Source: Spirochaetia bacterium
GTDB lineage: Bacteria > Spirochaetota > Spirochaetia > UBA9216
DNA length: 64,000 bases
NCBI GenBank assembly: GCA_965140585.1
Contig: OZ223266.1
Span: 32,001 to 96,000 of the forward strand
Direction: 5' to 3'
The notes below the pieces were generated by a model. The model ran no database searches. It saw only the letters and a program-made list of their open reading frames with translations, and was not told the origin of the DNA. Within the stretch, counting starts at the first letter, position 1, and every line of letters begins with the position of its first letter. Of this stretch, positions 1 through 9,597 are shown piece by piece. A program made the translations under genes and the position numbers.

Positions 1-1
1 T

Positions 2-688
2 CCCGACTTTCCGGTATACGGCTCGGTGTGTGAAGGGCATGAGGAAGGCTGGAGAATCATAGGCTCGGAGAATATGATGCTCTGGATGGGTCTCTACCCT
101 GAGGAGCTGGGCAGGTTTATCAGCCGGGTAAATGAGTTTAGCCTTGAGCTGACAAAGGCCCAGATTAAGGCCGCCGACGGTATGCTTGACGGTATGGTTA
201 TCTGGGGTGATGTTGCATATGTAAACGGAATGCTGTTTTCTCCTGATTTCTGGAGGCAGCATTTTAAACCGGGAGTGAAGGCAATAATTGATTACTGCCA
301 TTCGAAGAACCTTCCGGTAATATACCACGGCTGCGGCAATGCTTCGGCCATCTACAGGGATTTTATAGAAATGGGGCTTGATGCATATAATCCGCTTGAG
401 GCTAAATCGGGTCTGAATGTCATTGAGCTTAGAAAGCAGTACGGACATGATATGGGTTTCTGCGGAAACATCGACGCACTGAACTGGGGAACCGCTCCGC
501 TTGATCAGCTTAAGGAGGAAGTTCTTACAAAGATGAATGCCGCCAAGGGAGGCGGATACATTGTTCAGTCTGACCATTCCGTACCTGGTAACGTAAGTGC
601 CGAAAGGTATGAATTTGTAGTAGATCTGGTCCGGAAATACGGTGACTATCCTCTGAATCTAGGAGAGTACAATATTACGGAACTGTAA
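2..688 (+). CDS. Uroporphyrinogen decarboxylase (URO-D/MtaA-like) family protein, 5'-partial
   Basis: Frame is open to the window edge. Motifs WGDVAY..LFSP..WR, YHGCG, YNPLE, FCGNID, GGGYIVQSDHSVP. Confidence 0.85.
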   Translation, partial: PDFPVYGSVCEGHEEGWRIIGSENMMLWMGLYPEELGRFISRVNEFSLELTKAQIKAADGMLDGMVIWGDVAYVNGMLFSPDFWRQHFKPGVKAIIDYCHSKNLPVIYHGCGNASAIYRDFIEMGLDAYNPLEAKSGLNVIELRKQYGHDMGFCGNIDALNWGTAPLDQLKEEVLTKMNAAKGGGYIVQSDHSVPGNVSAERYEFVVDLVRKYGDYPLNLGEYNITEL

Positions 689-698
689 GGAGATTAGA

Positions 699-1745
699 AT
701 GACGCATTTGGAACGATTTTATGCAACGATAGAGAGAAAGCCGGTTGATTATCCGGCGAGCTGGCTGGGCCTTCCGGTTCCTGATGCCCATCAATCGCTG
801 CTGGAATATTTTAAAATAAGTGATATTGAAGAGATGACTAAGGCTGTTAATGATGATATTTATCCGGTTGAACTGCCTTACCATTCACCGGCAAGTAATG
901 CGATTTATGCCGCCTTTGACTTTGCGAAGGACTTTGAAACCGACAGGGATGACGATTTTGAGCGGACGCTGACTGCGGCCGGGTTTTTTGAAGATTATTC
1001 CGATCCTTCAAAGATAGACGATTTTGACTGGCCGGTGCCCTCGAAATATATAGATCCTGCTGAATGTACTGCGGCAGTTGAAGCAGCACCTGCGGACAAG
1101 GCAGTGCTCGGGGTCGTGTGGTCTGCTCACTTTCAGGATGCCTGCGCAGCCTTCGGTATGGAAACAGCACTTATGAAGATGGTGCTTGAACCCGAGATGT
1201 TCAGGGTAGTGATAGACCGGATCCTTGATTTCTATCTTGAGGCCAATGAGATTTTCTACAAGGCTACAGAAGGCAAGCTGCATGCCGTACTTATAGGAAA
1301 CGATCTGGGTAGTCAGGAAAGTCTGATGCTGTCGGCTGATATGATTCGTGATTTTGTTCTGCCCGGTACAAGGAAACTGGTTGAGCAGGCTCACCGCTAC
1401 GGGCTTAAGGTTATTCACCATTCCTGCGGATCTATAAGACCGATTATTGATGATTTGATCGAATGCGGCGTAGATGCAGTACATCCTATTCAGGCCCTTG
1501 CAAAAGGAATGGACCCGTATTCGCTTAAGGATGAGTTCGGTGACAGGGTTTCATTCTGCGGCGGAGTAGATGCTCAGTATCTTCTGGTGAAAGGCAATGC
1601 TGATGATGTAGGCAAGAAGGTTGCAGAGCTCAAGACGCTGTTTCCAACAGGGCTTATAATATCACCCAGTCATGAAGCCATACTGCCGGATATTCCACCT
1701 GAAAATATTGATGCGCTTTTTAAGAGCATTAGGCAATCTTTGTAA
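699..1745 (+). CDS. Uroporphyrinogen decarboxylase (URO-D/MtaA-like) family protein
   Basis: FGMETAL, GNDLGSQ..LMLS, HHSCG, VHPIQ, FCGGVDAQ, SPSHE. AAGGAG RBS upstream. Confidence 0.87.
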   Translation: MTHLERFYATIERKPVDYPASWLGLPVPDAHQSLLEYFKISDIEEMTKAVNDDIYPVELPYHSPASNAIYAAFDFAKDFETDRDDDFERTLTAAGFFEDYSDPSKIDDFDWPVPSKYIDPAECTAAVEAAPADKAVLGVVWSAHFQDACAAFGMETALMKMVLEPEMFRVVIDRILDFYLEANEIFYKATEGKLHAVLIGNDLGSQESLMLSADMIRDFVLPGTRKLVEQAHRYGLKVIHHSCGSIRPIIDDLIECGVDAVHPIQALAKGMDPYSLKDEFGDRVSFCGGVDAQYLLVKGNADDVGKKVAELKTLFPTGLIISPSHEAILPDIPPENIDALFKSIRQSL

Positions 1746-1810
1746 AGAATTCAAATGAATTTCGGCTGATTCTTGTTAACTTGCATGCTTAACAGGTGTA
1801 TTATAGTTCT

Positions 1811-2755
1811 ATGATTTTTGTTGCAGTAATACTTTTTATCATTTTGCTTGATGCATCAATAATGTTTTATTTTATCCATGCGCTTCTGCTGAAATCCCGC
1901 AGAAAATATGAGTATTTCAGAGAGTACGGTATTTCACGGGGGCAGTACAGCAGAAGCATGGCAGCGGCTATTGAGGAAACCTGGATTAAGTTCCGGATAA
2001 AATCCCCTTTCGGCTACCTTCTTGACGGTAATGCATACCCCGCACCCGGTTTTCACGGCAGGGGGGGCAAGAAAACCATTATTTTTTGTCACGGTATAAA
2101 CTGGAGCCGCTGGGGAATGGTCAAATACATCAAACCATTTCTGAGCTCAGGCTGGAATATTATTATCTATGATAACCGGGCGCACGGACTGAGTGAGGGG
2201 AAATATCCTTCATACGGCTACTTTGAGAAGCATGATCTGAAAACAATTTGTGATTATTCGAGAAGTATTTTCCCCGATACTGAAATTGCCGGCGTTTTCG
2301 GAGAGTCTATGGGAGCGGCAACCGTCCTTCAGTATGCAAAGATTGCCGAGAATCTGAACTTTATAATTGCAGACTGTCCATACTCTTCGCTGGTTGAAGA
2401 GCTTGAGTATCAGCTGCATAGGTATTATATACCGAAATTTTACCATCGTTTCATGCTATACCGCATGAGAATTGCCACAAGGCTTATGGCTCATTTTGAT
2501 ATAGATACGGTAAGGCCTGATGAGGATATCATGGAAACAGATGTTCCTCTGCTGCTTATTCATGGAAAAAGCGACCGCTACGTTCCGAGTTCAATGTCAA
2601 TTGCCATGTACAAAAAAAGAAAAGACCAGTACCGGACTGAACTTTTTCTGGTCGATAAAGCCCGCCATGTCAAAAGCGTAATGGTTGCCCGTGAAAAGTA
2701 TTATGACAGGCTTAAGGAATTTATCAACAGCATAAGTCCTGATTTAATTGACTGA
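1811..2755 (+). CDS. Membrane-anchored alpha/beta hydrolase (YqkD-like)
   Basis: N-terminal TM helix, FCHG, DNRAHG, nucleophile elbow GESMG, IHGKSD..VP and catalytic His (ARHV). ATG at 1811 preferred over GTG at 1796. Confidence 0.85.
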   Translation: MIFVAVILFIILLDASIMFYFIHALLLKSRRKYEYFREYGISRGQYSRSMAAAIEETWIKFRIKSPFGYLLDGNAYPAPGFHGRGGKKTIIFCHGINWSRWGMVKYIKPFLSSGWNIIIYDNRAHGLSEGKYPSYGYFEKHDLKTICDYSRSIFPDTEIAGVFGESMGAATVLQYAKIAENLNFIIADCPYSSLVEELEYQLHRYYIPKFYHRFMLYRMRIATRLMAHFDIDTVRPDEDIMETDVPLLLIHGKSDRYVPSSMSIAMYKKRKDQYRTELFLVDKARHVKSVMVAREKYYDRLKEFINSISPDLID

Positions 2756-3824
2756 ATCCGGCAGGCTTACTCTGAAAATTACGCTTCCATGATTAGTGTT
2801 GAATGCTGTTATTCTGCCATTGTGTTTTTCTACAATAGTTTTAGTGATGTTTAAGCCGAGGCTGTTGCCTTTCTTCTTCTATACTGCGTTGTTTTCGGTC
2901 TCGATTATTACAGAGCTGCTGTTTTTATAAATTTTAAGATTCACACCAATGCTCTCATCGCTGTGAATGAGTGCATTTGAAATAAGGTTGTTGAAAACCC
3001 TTGTCATCAGTTCTCTGTCTGCGGTGAGAGTTTCGGGGGCGTTATCAAGGTTAATGTTAAGGTTTATCATTTCCTGAAGCGCTTCCGCTGCAAAACGGTT
3101 GTATAGATCCTCGCAGAAGGGGATAAGGGGGAAGGTTTCCCTCTATAACTGCGTCAAGCTGACTTCGAAGGGCGGTTACAGGTGATTTAAGGTCATGGGT
3201 AATATCGGCAAGCCATCTCTGCTGAATAAGTTCATCCTTTACAAGCTGTGCAGAGGAACGGCTTATCTGAAATGAAAGAAGTATTGATATGATTACCGAT
3301 AAAATCAGAGAAATAGTGACACCTGTAAGGAAGGATGAAGTAAAGATTTTATCAAAAAAACTGGTGTAGTCAAAACCTATCAACGGCGTTAAAAGGCTTG
3401 AGCAGTATCCCGCAATTTTCCCGTCAACAATTATCGGGTTAATGCTTTTTATGGCAGAAGATTCAGGATTTTTATTTAGTTCATAATTGATCAATTTCCT
3501 GATTATGCCGCTGTAGTCTTTAGTGTTCTCCGGTCTCATCTGTGCGGTGGTATCCCAGCTGAAAACCTTTTCCTTTTCTGCATCCCAGAGTTCAAGTTTT
3601 ATCAGCTGCTCCATCTCTGTTTTTTCCTCTCTGAAAAGATTCCGGTTTTTATTTTCAGAGAAATATTCCGAAAGAAGTGCAGATGCTTCCGTTGACTGCC
3701 TGTGAGCCCAGGCGCCGGAGATGTTAATAAATCCCCTGGTTGTGCTGAAACTTATCAAGAAAACTATGAACAGATTAAGTACTAGAAAGCTCAGCATAAT
3801 TTTTGTCTGCAGCGTTTTCATCAT
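2744..3824 (-). pseudogene. Degraded sensor histidine kinase
   Basis: Two TM helices and HisKA box WLADITHDLKSP in 3057..3824. N-box RVFNNLISNA in another frame (2879..3070). G2-like GNSLGLNITKTIVEKHNG lies further downstream after a stop. HAMP region appears deleted. Confidence 0.8.
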
Positions 3825-3839
3825 TATTTTTATATTCCA

Positions 3840-3886
3840 TATCCTCAAGTTGTTCAAACTGCATCTGTTTGAACAACTTGAGGATA
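3840..3886. repeat. Perfect 20-bp inverted repeat with 7-nt loop
   Basis: TATCCTCAAGTTGTTCAAAC-TGCATCT-GTTTGAACAACTTGAGGATA read directly. Confidence 0.9.
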
Positions 3887-4022
3887 CACATAAAAAACAC
3901 AATATCAACAAAAACAGGACATTGGCCGCCGCGATTATTACATTGTTTACAATCAATTTACTATCAGTTAACTGGCGGTCTGCTAAGTCAAAGTATATTT
4001 AAAAAACTAACGGAGAGTGAAA

Positions 4023-4169
4023 ATGTATACTATTGCTGCTGTTGAAGATAATGATGCTATCCGCGAAGCGGTTGTGTCCTACCTGAATCTTGAAGAGTGT
4101 TCCGCAGTTGAATTTCCCTGCTGCACCGGCGTTATTGAACATCTTAACTCAAATAATGTTAAGAATTAA
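4023..4169 (+). pseudogene. Truncated response regulator (receiver N-terminus only)
   Basis: Manual translation MYTIAAVEDNDAIREAVVSYLNLE...NVKN* after a GGAG RBS. It ends before the phospho-Asp and is divergent from the HK remnant. Confidence 0.7.
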
Positions 4170-4379
4170 TGTACTGCTTCGCCGTACAAACAGGAAGCTC
4201 GTTTCTTCCGGGGCATGAGCTTTTCGTGGATAGAAACCTTAAGATGTTACGGTTACTGCTTCTGCGGCACGCCATCAGCCGACTGATTCGGGAAAGTCCT
4301 TCATCTTTCAATCAAAAAATCTTCAATAACGAACCACATAGCCTCCATATACTCCACATATAAAGACCAGATCCTGTAG

Positions 4380-4610
4380 AGGAAAAGACTGTCTATTTTA
4401 CTTGCATTGATTCTGGTTGTCCGCGCGGGGGCTTTTGCCGATGTTGACCTCAACGGAGAATTTATGTTCGGTGTAACAAACCTTGGTGCACTTTGTATTA
4501 GTGCGGGTTTTGTTTTAGCCGGCGGTGATGATATTTTAACTATTATCTATGGGAACAACGGAACAGTTGCCGGAAATGGTGCATCCCTCTTCTTTGATAT
4601 AGACTATTAA
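4380..4610 (+). pseudogene. Collapsed outer-membrane protein remnant
   Basis: In-frame (AGG)KRLSILLALILVVRAGAFA signal peptide, then DVDLNGEF, joined to a beta-strand C-terminus ending in an aromatic residue (ASLFFDIDY*), followed by a terminator. Confidence 0.5.
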
Positions 4611-4633
4611 GCAATCTTACCGATTAGTTGATG

Positions 4634-4660
4634 GGGCCTTCCTTATGGGGGTCCTTTTTT
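4634..4660 (+). terminator. Rho-independent terminator
   Basis: GGGCCTTCC-TTAT-GGGGGTCCT stem (with G-U pairs) followed by a T-run. Confidence 0.7.
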
Positions 4661-4667
4661 ATTAGAA

Positions 4668-4717
4668 TCTCAATTTGAAATTTCAATATGTAATGCAATA
4701 TGAAATGTAAATTGAAA
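4668..4717. promoter_or_regulatory. Putative upstream activator sites for the PrpR-type sigma54 activator
   Basis: Four tandem imperfect TTTCA-N3-TGAAA-like palindromes (TCTCAATTTGAAA, TTTCAATATGTAA, ATGCAATATGAAA, ATGTAAATTGAAA) about 110-160 bp upstream of the -24 box. Confidence 0.55.
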
Positions 4718-4824
4718 ATAAATTTTTAAAAATCGTATCAAGTAATTTCCCCTGAAAAAATTATAAAAGTATAAATCCCCATATAGCAATAAAATAAAAG
4801 TACATGAAATTTTCTTTTAGTTAC

Positions 4825-4840
4825 TGGCACGGTATTTGCA
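4825..4840 (+). promoter_or_regulatory. Sigma54 (-24/-12) promoter
   Basis: TGGCAC-GGTAT-TTGCA is an exact match to the TGGCAC-N5-TTGC consensus, 48 bp before the first operon gene. A sigma54 activator is encoded at the operon end. Confidence 0.88.
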
Positions 4841-4888
4841 ATAAGAACAATACTAATTTAATAGTTTATCTATGGAAGGTGCTATACA

Positions 4889-5767
4889 GTGAATGTAGGG
4901 TTTATAGGCTTTGGTGAAGCAGCATATTATGTTTCTATGGGTCTGAAGGATGAAGGCGTATCCGGAATTGTTGCTTACGATGCAATGCTGGAGCATCCTG
5001 TTGCCGGAAAGAAAATAAAACAAAGAGCACAGGAAAGCCGGGTTAAACTGCTTGTTTCTCCGGCAGATACGGTAGATACGACCGATTTCCTTTTTGTCGC
5101 AGTCCCTGCTGTGAATGCTCAGGATGTATGCAATGAAATTACTCCATTTCTAAAAGCAGGGCAGCTGTATATTGATGTGAGCGCTTCGACACCTAAAGTT
5201 AAAGAATCATTTGAAAAAATGGTAGAGAAATCGGGCGCACTATACGTGGATGCCGCTATGCTTGGTTCTCTTCCTCTGAACAGGCATAAGGTTCCCATAA
5301 CAGCCAGCGGAATCGGCGCTGAAAAATTCAAGGAAATAATGTCCAAGAAGGGTATGAATATCACCTGTGTCGGTTCTCAGGCTGGATCAGCCTCGGCAAT
5401 CAAGCTTATACGAAGTGTTTTCATGAAAGGTATTGCAGCACTCATGCTTGAAATGCTTGAAGGTGCTTATAGGTATGATGTGATCGATGAAGTTGTTTCT
5501 TCTCTCAGTGCATCTATGGATGGTATATCATTTGAAAGTCATTTAAAAAGACTTATTACGGGAACAGCTGTCCATGCAAAGAGGCGAGCCGAAGAATTGA
5601 ACGGCTCGGTTCAAATGCTGATGGATCGGAATGTAGATAATGAAATGGTTAAGGCATCAAAATATAAACATGAATATCTTGCCGAATGTCTATCAGGCGA
5701 ACAGGCGAAGGATGAGTATGAAGACATCCATTCAGTACTTGCTGCCATGAAGACAAAGCCGCAGTAA
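4889..5767 (+). CDS. NAD(P)-dependent oxidoreductase, 6PGDH/3-hydroxyisobutyrate DH-like with DUF1932-type C-terminus
   Basis: GFIGFGEAA Rossmann motif, YVDAAMLG, ASAIKLIRSVFMKG, HAKRRAEE. Confidence 0.82.
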   Translation: MNVGFIGFGEAAYYVSMGLKDEGVSGIVAYDAMLEHPVAGKKIKQRAQESRVKLLVSPADTVDTTDFLFVAVPAVNAQDVCNEITPFLKAGQLYIDVSASTPKVKESFEKMVEKSGALYVDAAMLGSLPLNRHKVPITASGIGAEKFKEIMSKKGMNITCVGSQAGSASAIKLIRSVFMKGIAALMLEMLEGAYRYDVIDEVVSSLSASMDGISFESHLKRLITGTAVHAKRRAEELNGSVQMLMDRNVDNEMVKASKYKHEYLAECLSGEQAKDEYEDIHSVLAAMKTKPQ

Positions 5768-5778
5768 AAGGAGAGCTT

Positions 5779-6480
5779 ATGCCGGTTGGTAAACGAATTT
5801 ATTTAAAGAGGGATCTGCCTGATCCTGAATTGGTAGCACAATTTAACAGCATACCTGCTTCAAATTGTGCAGATGTTATGGAAAGATCATGTGCTATGAA
5901 TCCCCGGATCCGGCTTATGAGCAGTCCGTCCAGACAGTGTATTGCAGGACCGGCCTTCACTGTCAAGGCAAGGGCCGGAGACAATCTTCTTATCCATGCG
6001 GCTCTAAATCTTGTAAGTGAAGGTGATATGCTGGTTATTTCAAATGAAGGTGATCAGACCCGTTCACTTATTGGTGAGGTTATGCTTGCTTATCTCTTTT
6101 ATACAAAGAAAATTGCCGGTATTATACTTGACGGCCCGATACGGGATATCGATGAAGTCCACAGCTGGAATTTTCCAATATATGCTACCGGCACAACCCC
6201 GGGCGGACCTTATAAGGAAGGTCCGGGTGAGATAAATGTTCCAATCTCCTGCGGAGAAATCAGTGTAAATCCCGGAGATATTATTCTGACTGATCCGGAT
6301 GGTGTTATTGTGATTCCAAGAAAGGATGCAGAAGTAACTCTGGAGAAGGCAAAAGCTTTCCAGGTTCAGGATGAGAAAAAACTGGCTGCAGCTAAAGACG
6401 GAACTGCAAACAGAGAATGGGTTGGAAAGCTGCTTGATGAAAAAGGTTTTGAACTGATAGACGAAGTCTATCATCCGTGA
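5779..6480 (+). CDS. RraA-family / HMG-CHA-type class II aldolase
   Basis: AGPAFTV..GDNL, GEVM, DGPIRD, GPYKEGPGEINVPI, VNPGDII..DPDGV. Confidence 0.87.
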   Translation: MPVGKRIYLKRDLPDPELVAQFNSIPASNCADVMERSCAMNPRIRLMSSPSRQCIAGPAFTVKARAGDNLLIHAALNLVSEGDMLVISNEGDQTRSLIGEVMLAYLFYTKKIAGIILDGPIRDIDEVHSWNFPIYATGTTPGGPYKEGPGEINVPISCGEISVNPGDIILTDPDGVIVIPRKDAEVTLEKAKAFQVQDEKKLAAAKDGTANREWVGKLLDEKGFELIDEVYHP

Positions 6481-6525
6481 AGGTATCAAAATAAAAATTA
6501 AAATAAAAACTATGGAGGTTTTTTA

Positions 6526-7515
6526 ATGAAAAGGATTTTATCATTTTTACTGATCCTTACAGTAAGTGTCGCCCTGATGGTAAGCTGTTCTGCTAAGTCG
6601 GATAAGACTTCAGCGGAAACCACAACGGAAAAAGCGATAAGCGCTGCAGAAAACTGGCCCGAGCAGCCGATCAATATCCTGGTACCGGCTAAAGCAGGAG
6701 GTGGTTCTGATATTATAACAAGAATCATAACAAAATATATTACTCAGGAAACCGGACAGGCTGTTGTCGTAACCAATGTTACCGGGTTATCAGGTTATGA
6801 ACTGGTTCGAAAACAGGAGCCGAATGGATATAATTATGTTTTCGGAATCACTGGTTTGCTCATCTCGGCAGCCCAGGGGCAGCTTGAATTTGGACATGAA
6901 GCATTTGACGCGGCTTTTACGCCGGGTATGGATTCTTCAAATGGTATCCTTGTTCGCGGAGATTCTCCGTATAAGACTCTTAAAGATCTTTTTGATGCGA
7001 TTGAAAAAGATCCGGAAAGCGTAACAGGCGGTATCTCTATGACCGGTTACCCCTATCTTTGTAGTCTCGCTATAGAAGATGCTCTTGATATCGACATGTA
7101 TTGCATTGATGCTGGAAATACATCAGAAAGATCGGTTGCACTCTTGGGCGGTCAGGTAGATTTTATCATTTCAGGTATGGCTGCTATTACCGGATATCTT
7201 GATTCGGGTGATTTTCGATATCTCGCAATTACTGCAGAAGAAAGAAATAAATTCCTTCCCGATGTTCCTACTTTCAAAGAAAGCGGGTATGATTTCGCTT
7301 TTGTAGATCAGGGTGGATATCTTCTCGCTCCTAAGGGTACGGATCCTGCTATTCTCGAGAAATTCAACAAATTATTTTATGAGAAGATTCAGACTAACCC
7401 TGATTATCAGAAGGAAATGTCCAAATTTGGTATGATTGATGTAAAATATACACCAGATGAGCTGAAAGTTGAATTGGATCACGCAGCAGAAGTATTTAAG
7501 AAATACCTGCAATAA
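6526..7515 (+). CDS. tctC: Tripartite tricarboxylate transporter substrate-binding lipoprotein (Bug/TctC)
   Basis: Lipobox LMVSC, WPEQPINILVPAKAGGGSD, PDVPTFKESG, APKGT. Confidence 0.9.
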   Translation: MKRILSFLLILTVSVALMVSCSAKSDKTSAETTTEKAISAAENWPEQPINILVPAKAGGGSDIITRIITKYITQETGQAVVVTNVTGLSGYELVRKQEPNGYNYVFGITGLLISAAQGQLEFGHEAFDAAFTPGMDSSNGILVRGDSPYKTLKDLFDAIEKDPESVTGGISMTGYPYLCSLAIEDALDIDMYCIDAGNTSERSVALLGGQVDFIISGMAAITGYLDSGDFRYLAITAEERNKFLPDVPTFKESGYDFAFVDQGGYLLAPKGTDPAILEKFNKLFYEKIQTNPDYQKEMSKFGMIDVKYTPDELKVELDHAAEVFKKYLQ

Positions 7516-7538
7516 AATAATTTTAAGGGATTTTTGAG

Positions 7539-8090
7539 ATGAAAAGCAAAATTGATAGTTTATTTTATAAGCTGGAAATTTATTTTTCTGCTTATCGGCT
7601 GATAGCACTCGGAATTATAATCGCATTGGTATCTCTTTTCATGTTGAATGAAACATCAGATTATGTTCAAAACGGAGGGCTTAATGTCGTCGATAATGCT
7701 GCTTTTGCTCCGCGCCTGATATTTAGCATTCTTTTTTTACTTGGGATTCTGATTTTTATTCAGGAATTGTTAAGGAATAAAGTCTTGCGAAAAGAGATAC
7801 TTAGCAGCGCCGTGGCAAAAGAAATAGTTGCAGGTAATCAAAAATCCCTGATTGTTCTGGGCAGTATATTGTTATTTATACTGCTCATGACTCAAATCGG
7901 CTTTATTTTGTCTTCAATAATTTATTTGATCTCTAATATGATCATAATGAATTCGAAGGAATCGAGAAATGTGAAAATGTACGCAATAATTGCAGTTATA
8001 GTTGCAGTTATAGTTTATTTTTGTTTTAAAGAATTTATCTATGTAAACCTGCCAATCGGGGCATTGTTTAAAGCAGTGTTGGGGAGATAA
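7539..8090 (+). CDS. tctB: Tripartite tricarboxylate transporter small permease
   Basis: Multiple TM helices, FAPRL and C-terminal VNLPIG. Lies between tctC and tctA. Confidence 0.85.
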   Translation: MKSKIDSLFYKLEIYFSAYRLIALGIIIALVSLFMLNETSDYVQNGGLNVVDNAAFAPRLIFSILFLLGILIFIQELLRNKVLRKEILSSAVAKEIVAGNQKSLIVLGSILLFILLMTQIGFILSSIIYLISNMIIMNSKESRNVKMYAIIAVIVAVIVYFCFKEFIYVNLPIGALFKAVLGR

Positions 8091-8091
8091 T

Positions 8092-9597
8092 ATGTTAGTT
8101 TCAACATTTTTAGGTTTAATGACACCGTTAAATATTACCCTGATGGTAGTTGGTGTAATCGTCGGTATTCTCTTTGGCGCAATTCCCGGATTGAGTTCAA
8201 CCATGGCGATCGCGTTGTTCCTGCCCGTCACCTTTGCGCTAGATGTGACAAGTGCCTTTGCACTTCTTATTGCCCTGTATATAGGCGGTGTTTCCGGGGG
8301 ATTGATTTCAGCTATTCTTATTAATATTCCCGGTTCGGCAATGTCGATAGCCACGACGTATGACGGTTCGCCAATGGCTGTAAAAGGTCATGCCCACAGG
8401 GCACTCGGAATAGGTATCGTTTTCTCAACACTTGGTACTATCGTGAGCCTCATTGTCCTTATTGCCGCTGCTCCTCCTCTTTCAAAGCTTACGATAAAGA
8501 TGAGTTCCTATGATTTCTTTGCGCTGACCCTGCTGTCGTTAACATTGATATCAGGAGTCTCCGGTAAGAATATGCTGCTTGGTTTATTATCCGGATTCAT
8601 GGGGCTTGCCATTGCGATGGTTGGTATCGCACCAATTGATGGAACGCCGCGTTTCACCTTCGGTGAAGTACAGCTGCTTAATGGATTTTCCCTGTTGCCA
8701 TCGGTTATTGGGTTATTTGCCGTAACTGAGATAATGAAGGCTGTCAGCAACGCTGATAAAAAATCGGAAGTAAAGGCTAAACCCGAAAAGGTCAGAGGCT
8801 TTGGGTTCTCTCTCCGGGAGTTTTTTGCTCAGGCAAAGAATTTTGTGATATCTTCTGTCATTGGAATAGTAATTGGATTTCTGCCGGGTATGGGTGGTTC
8901 CCTGGCTAACCAGGTTGCTTACGCGGCGGTGCAGAAGAACTCTAAGTACCCTGAGAAATTCGGAACTGGCATAATGGATGGTATAGTTGCATCGGAGACT
9001 TCGAATAACGCTTCCATAGGAGGCGCAATGATTCCCCTGCTTACGCTTGGTATTCCAGGTGATGGACCGACTGCGATGCTGCTCGGCGCATTTATGATCC
9101 ACGGGATTGTTCCAGGACCGCTTCTGTTTAAAACAAGCGGTTCGCTGGTAAATACAATCTTTGTAGCGTTGATTATATGTACTATTATTATGTTTTTCAT
9201 AGAATATTTCGGCTTACGGCTGTTTGTAAAGGCGTTGAATGTTCCAAAAGGCATACTCCTTCCGATTATACTGGTGCTATGCATTGTCGGTTCATATGCA
9301 AACAACAATAACATGTTTGATGTATGGACATTGCTGCTATTCGGTGTATTCGGTTTTTTGTTGTTTAAGATTGGAATACCAAGAGCACCGTTGGTTCTTG
9401 GCTTTGTTCTGGGGCCGTCAGTCGAAACAAATTTGCGGCGTGCAGTTCAGCACAGCCGGGGATCCATCATCCCTTTTCTGACCAGGCCCGTATGTGTAAC
9501 TTTGCTTACTCTGTGCCTTCTTATCATAGTTTTTGCATTTGTTTCTCAAATAAGGGCAGGTCGGGCAGAGAAGCGTGCAGCAGCTGCCGGAGAATGA
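8092..9597 (+). CDS. tctA: Tripartite tricarboxylate transporter large permease
   Basis: GAIPGL, ILINIPG, ETSNNA..GGAMIPLLTLGIPG. Confidence 0.93.
   Translation: MLVSTFLGLMTPLNITLMVVGVIVGILFGAIPGLSSTMAIALFLPVTFALDVTSAFALLIALYIGGVSGGLISAILINIPGSAMSIATTYDGSPMAVKGHAHRALGIGIVFSTLGTIVSLIVLIAAAPPLSKLTIKMSSYDFFALTLLSLTLISGVSGKNMLLGLLSGFMGLAIAMVGIAPIDGTPRFTFGEVQLLNGFSLLPSVIGLFAVTEIMKAVSNADKKSEVKAKPEKVRGFGFSLREFFAQAKNFVISSVIGIVIGFLPGMGGSLANQVAYAAVQKNSKYPEKFGTGIMDGIVASETSNNASIGGAMIPLLTLGIPGDGPTAMLLGAFMIHGIVPGPLLFKTSGSLVNTIFVALIICTIIMFFIEYFGLRLFVKALNVPKGILLPIILVLCIVGSYANNNNMFDVWTLLLFGVFGFLLFKIGIPRAPLVLGFVLGPSVETNLRRAVQHSRGSIIPFLTRPVCVTLLTLCLLIIVFAFVSQIRAGRAEKRAAAAGE

Noticed and set aside
9492-9593. 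Cys-rich N-terminal extension of the MBL ORF
   Set aside because: It lies inside tctA. The coupled ATG at 9594 is more plausible.
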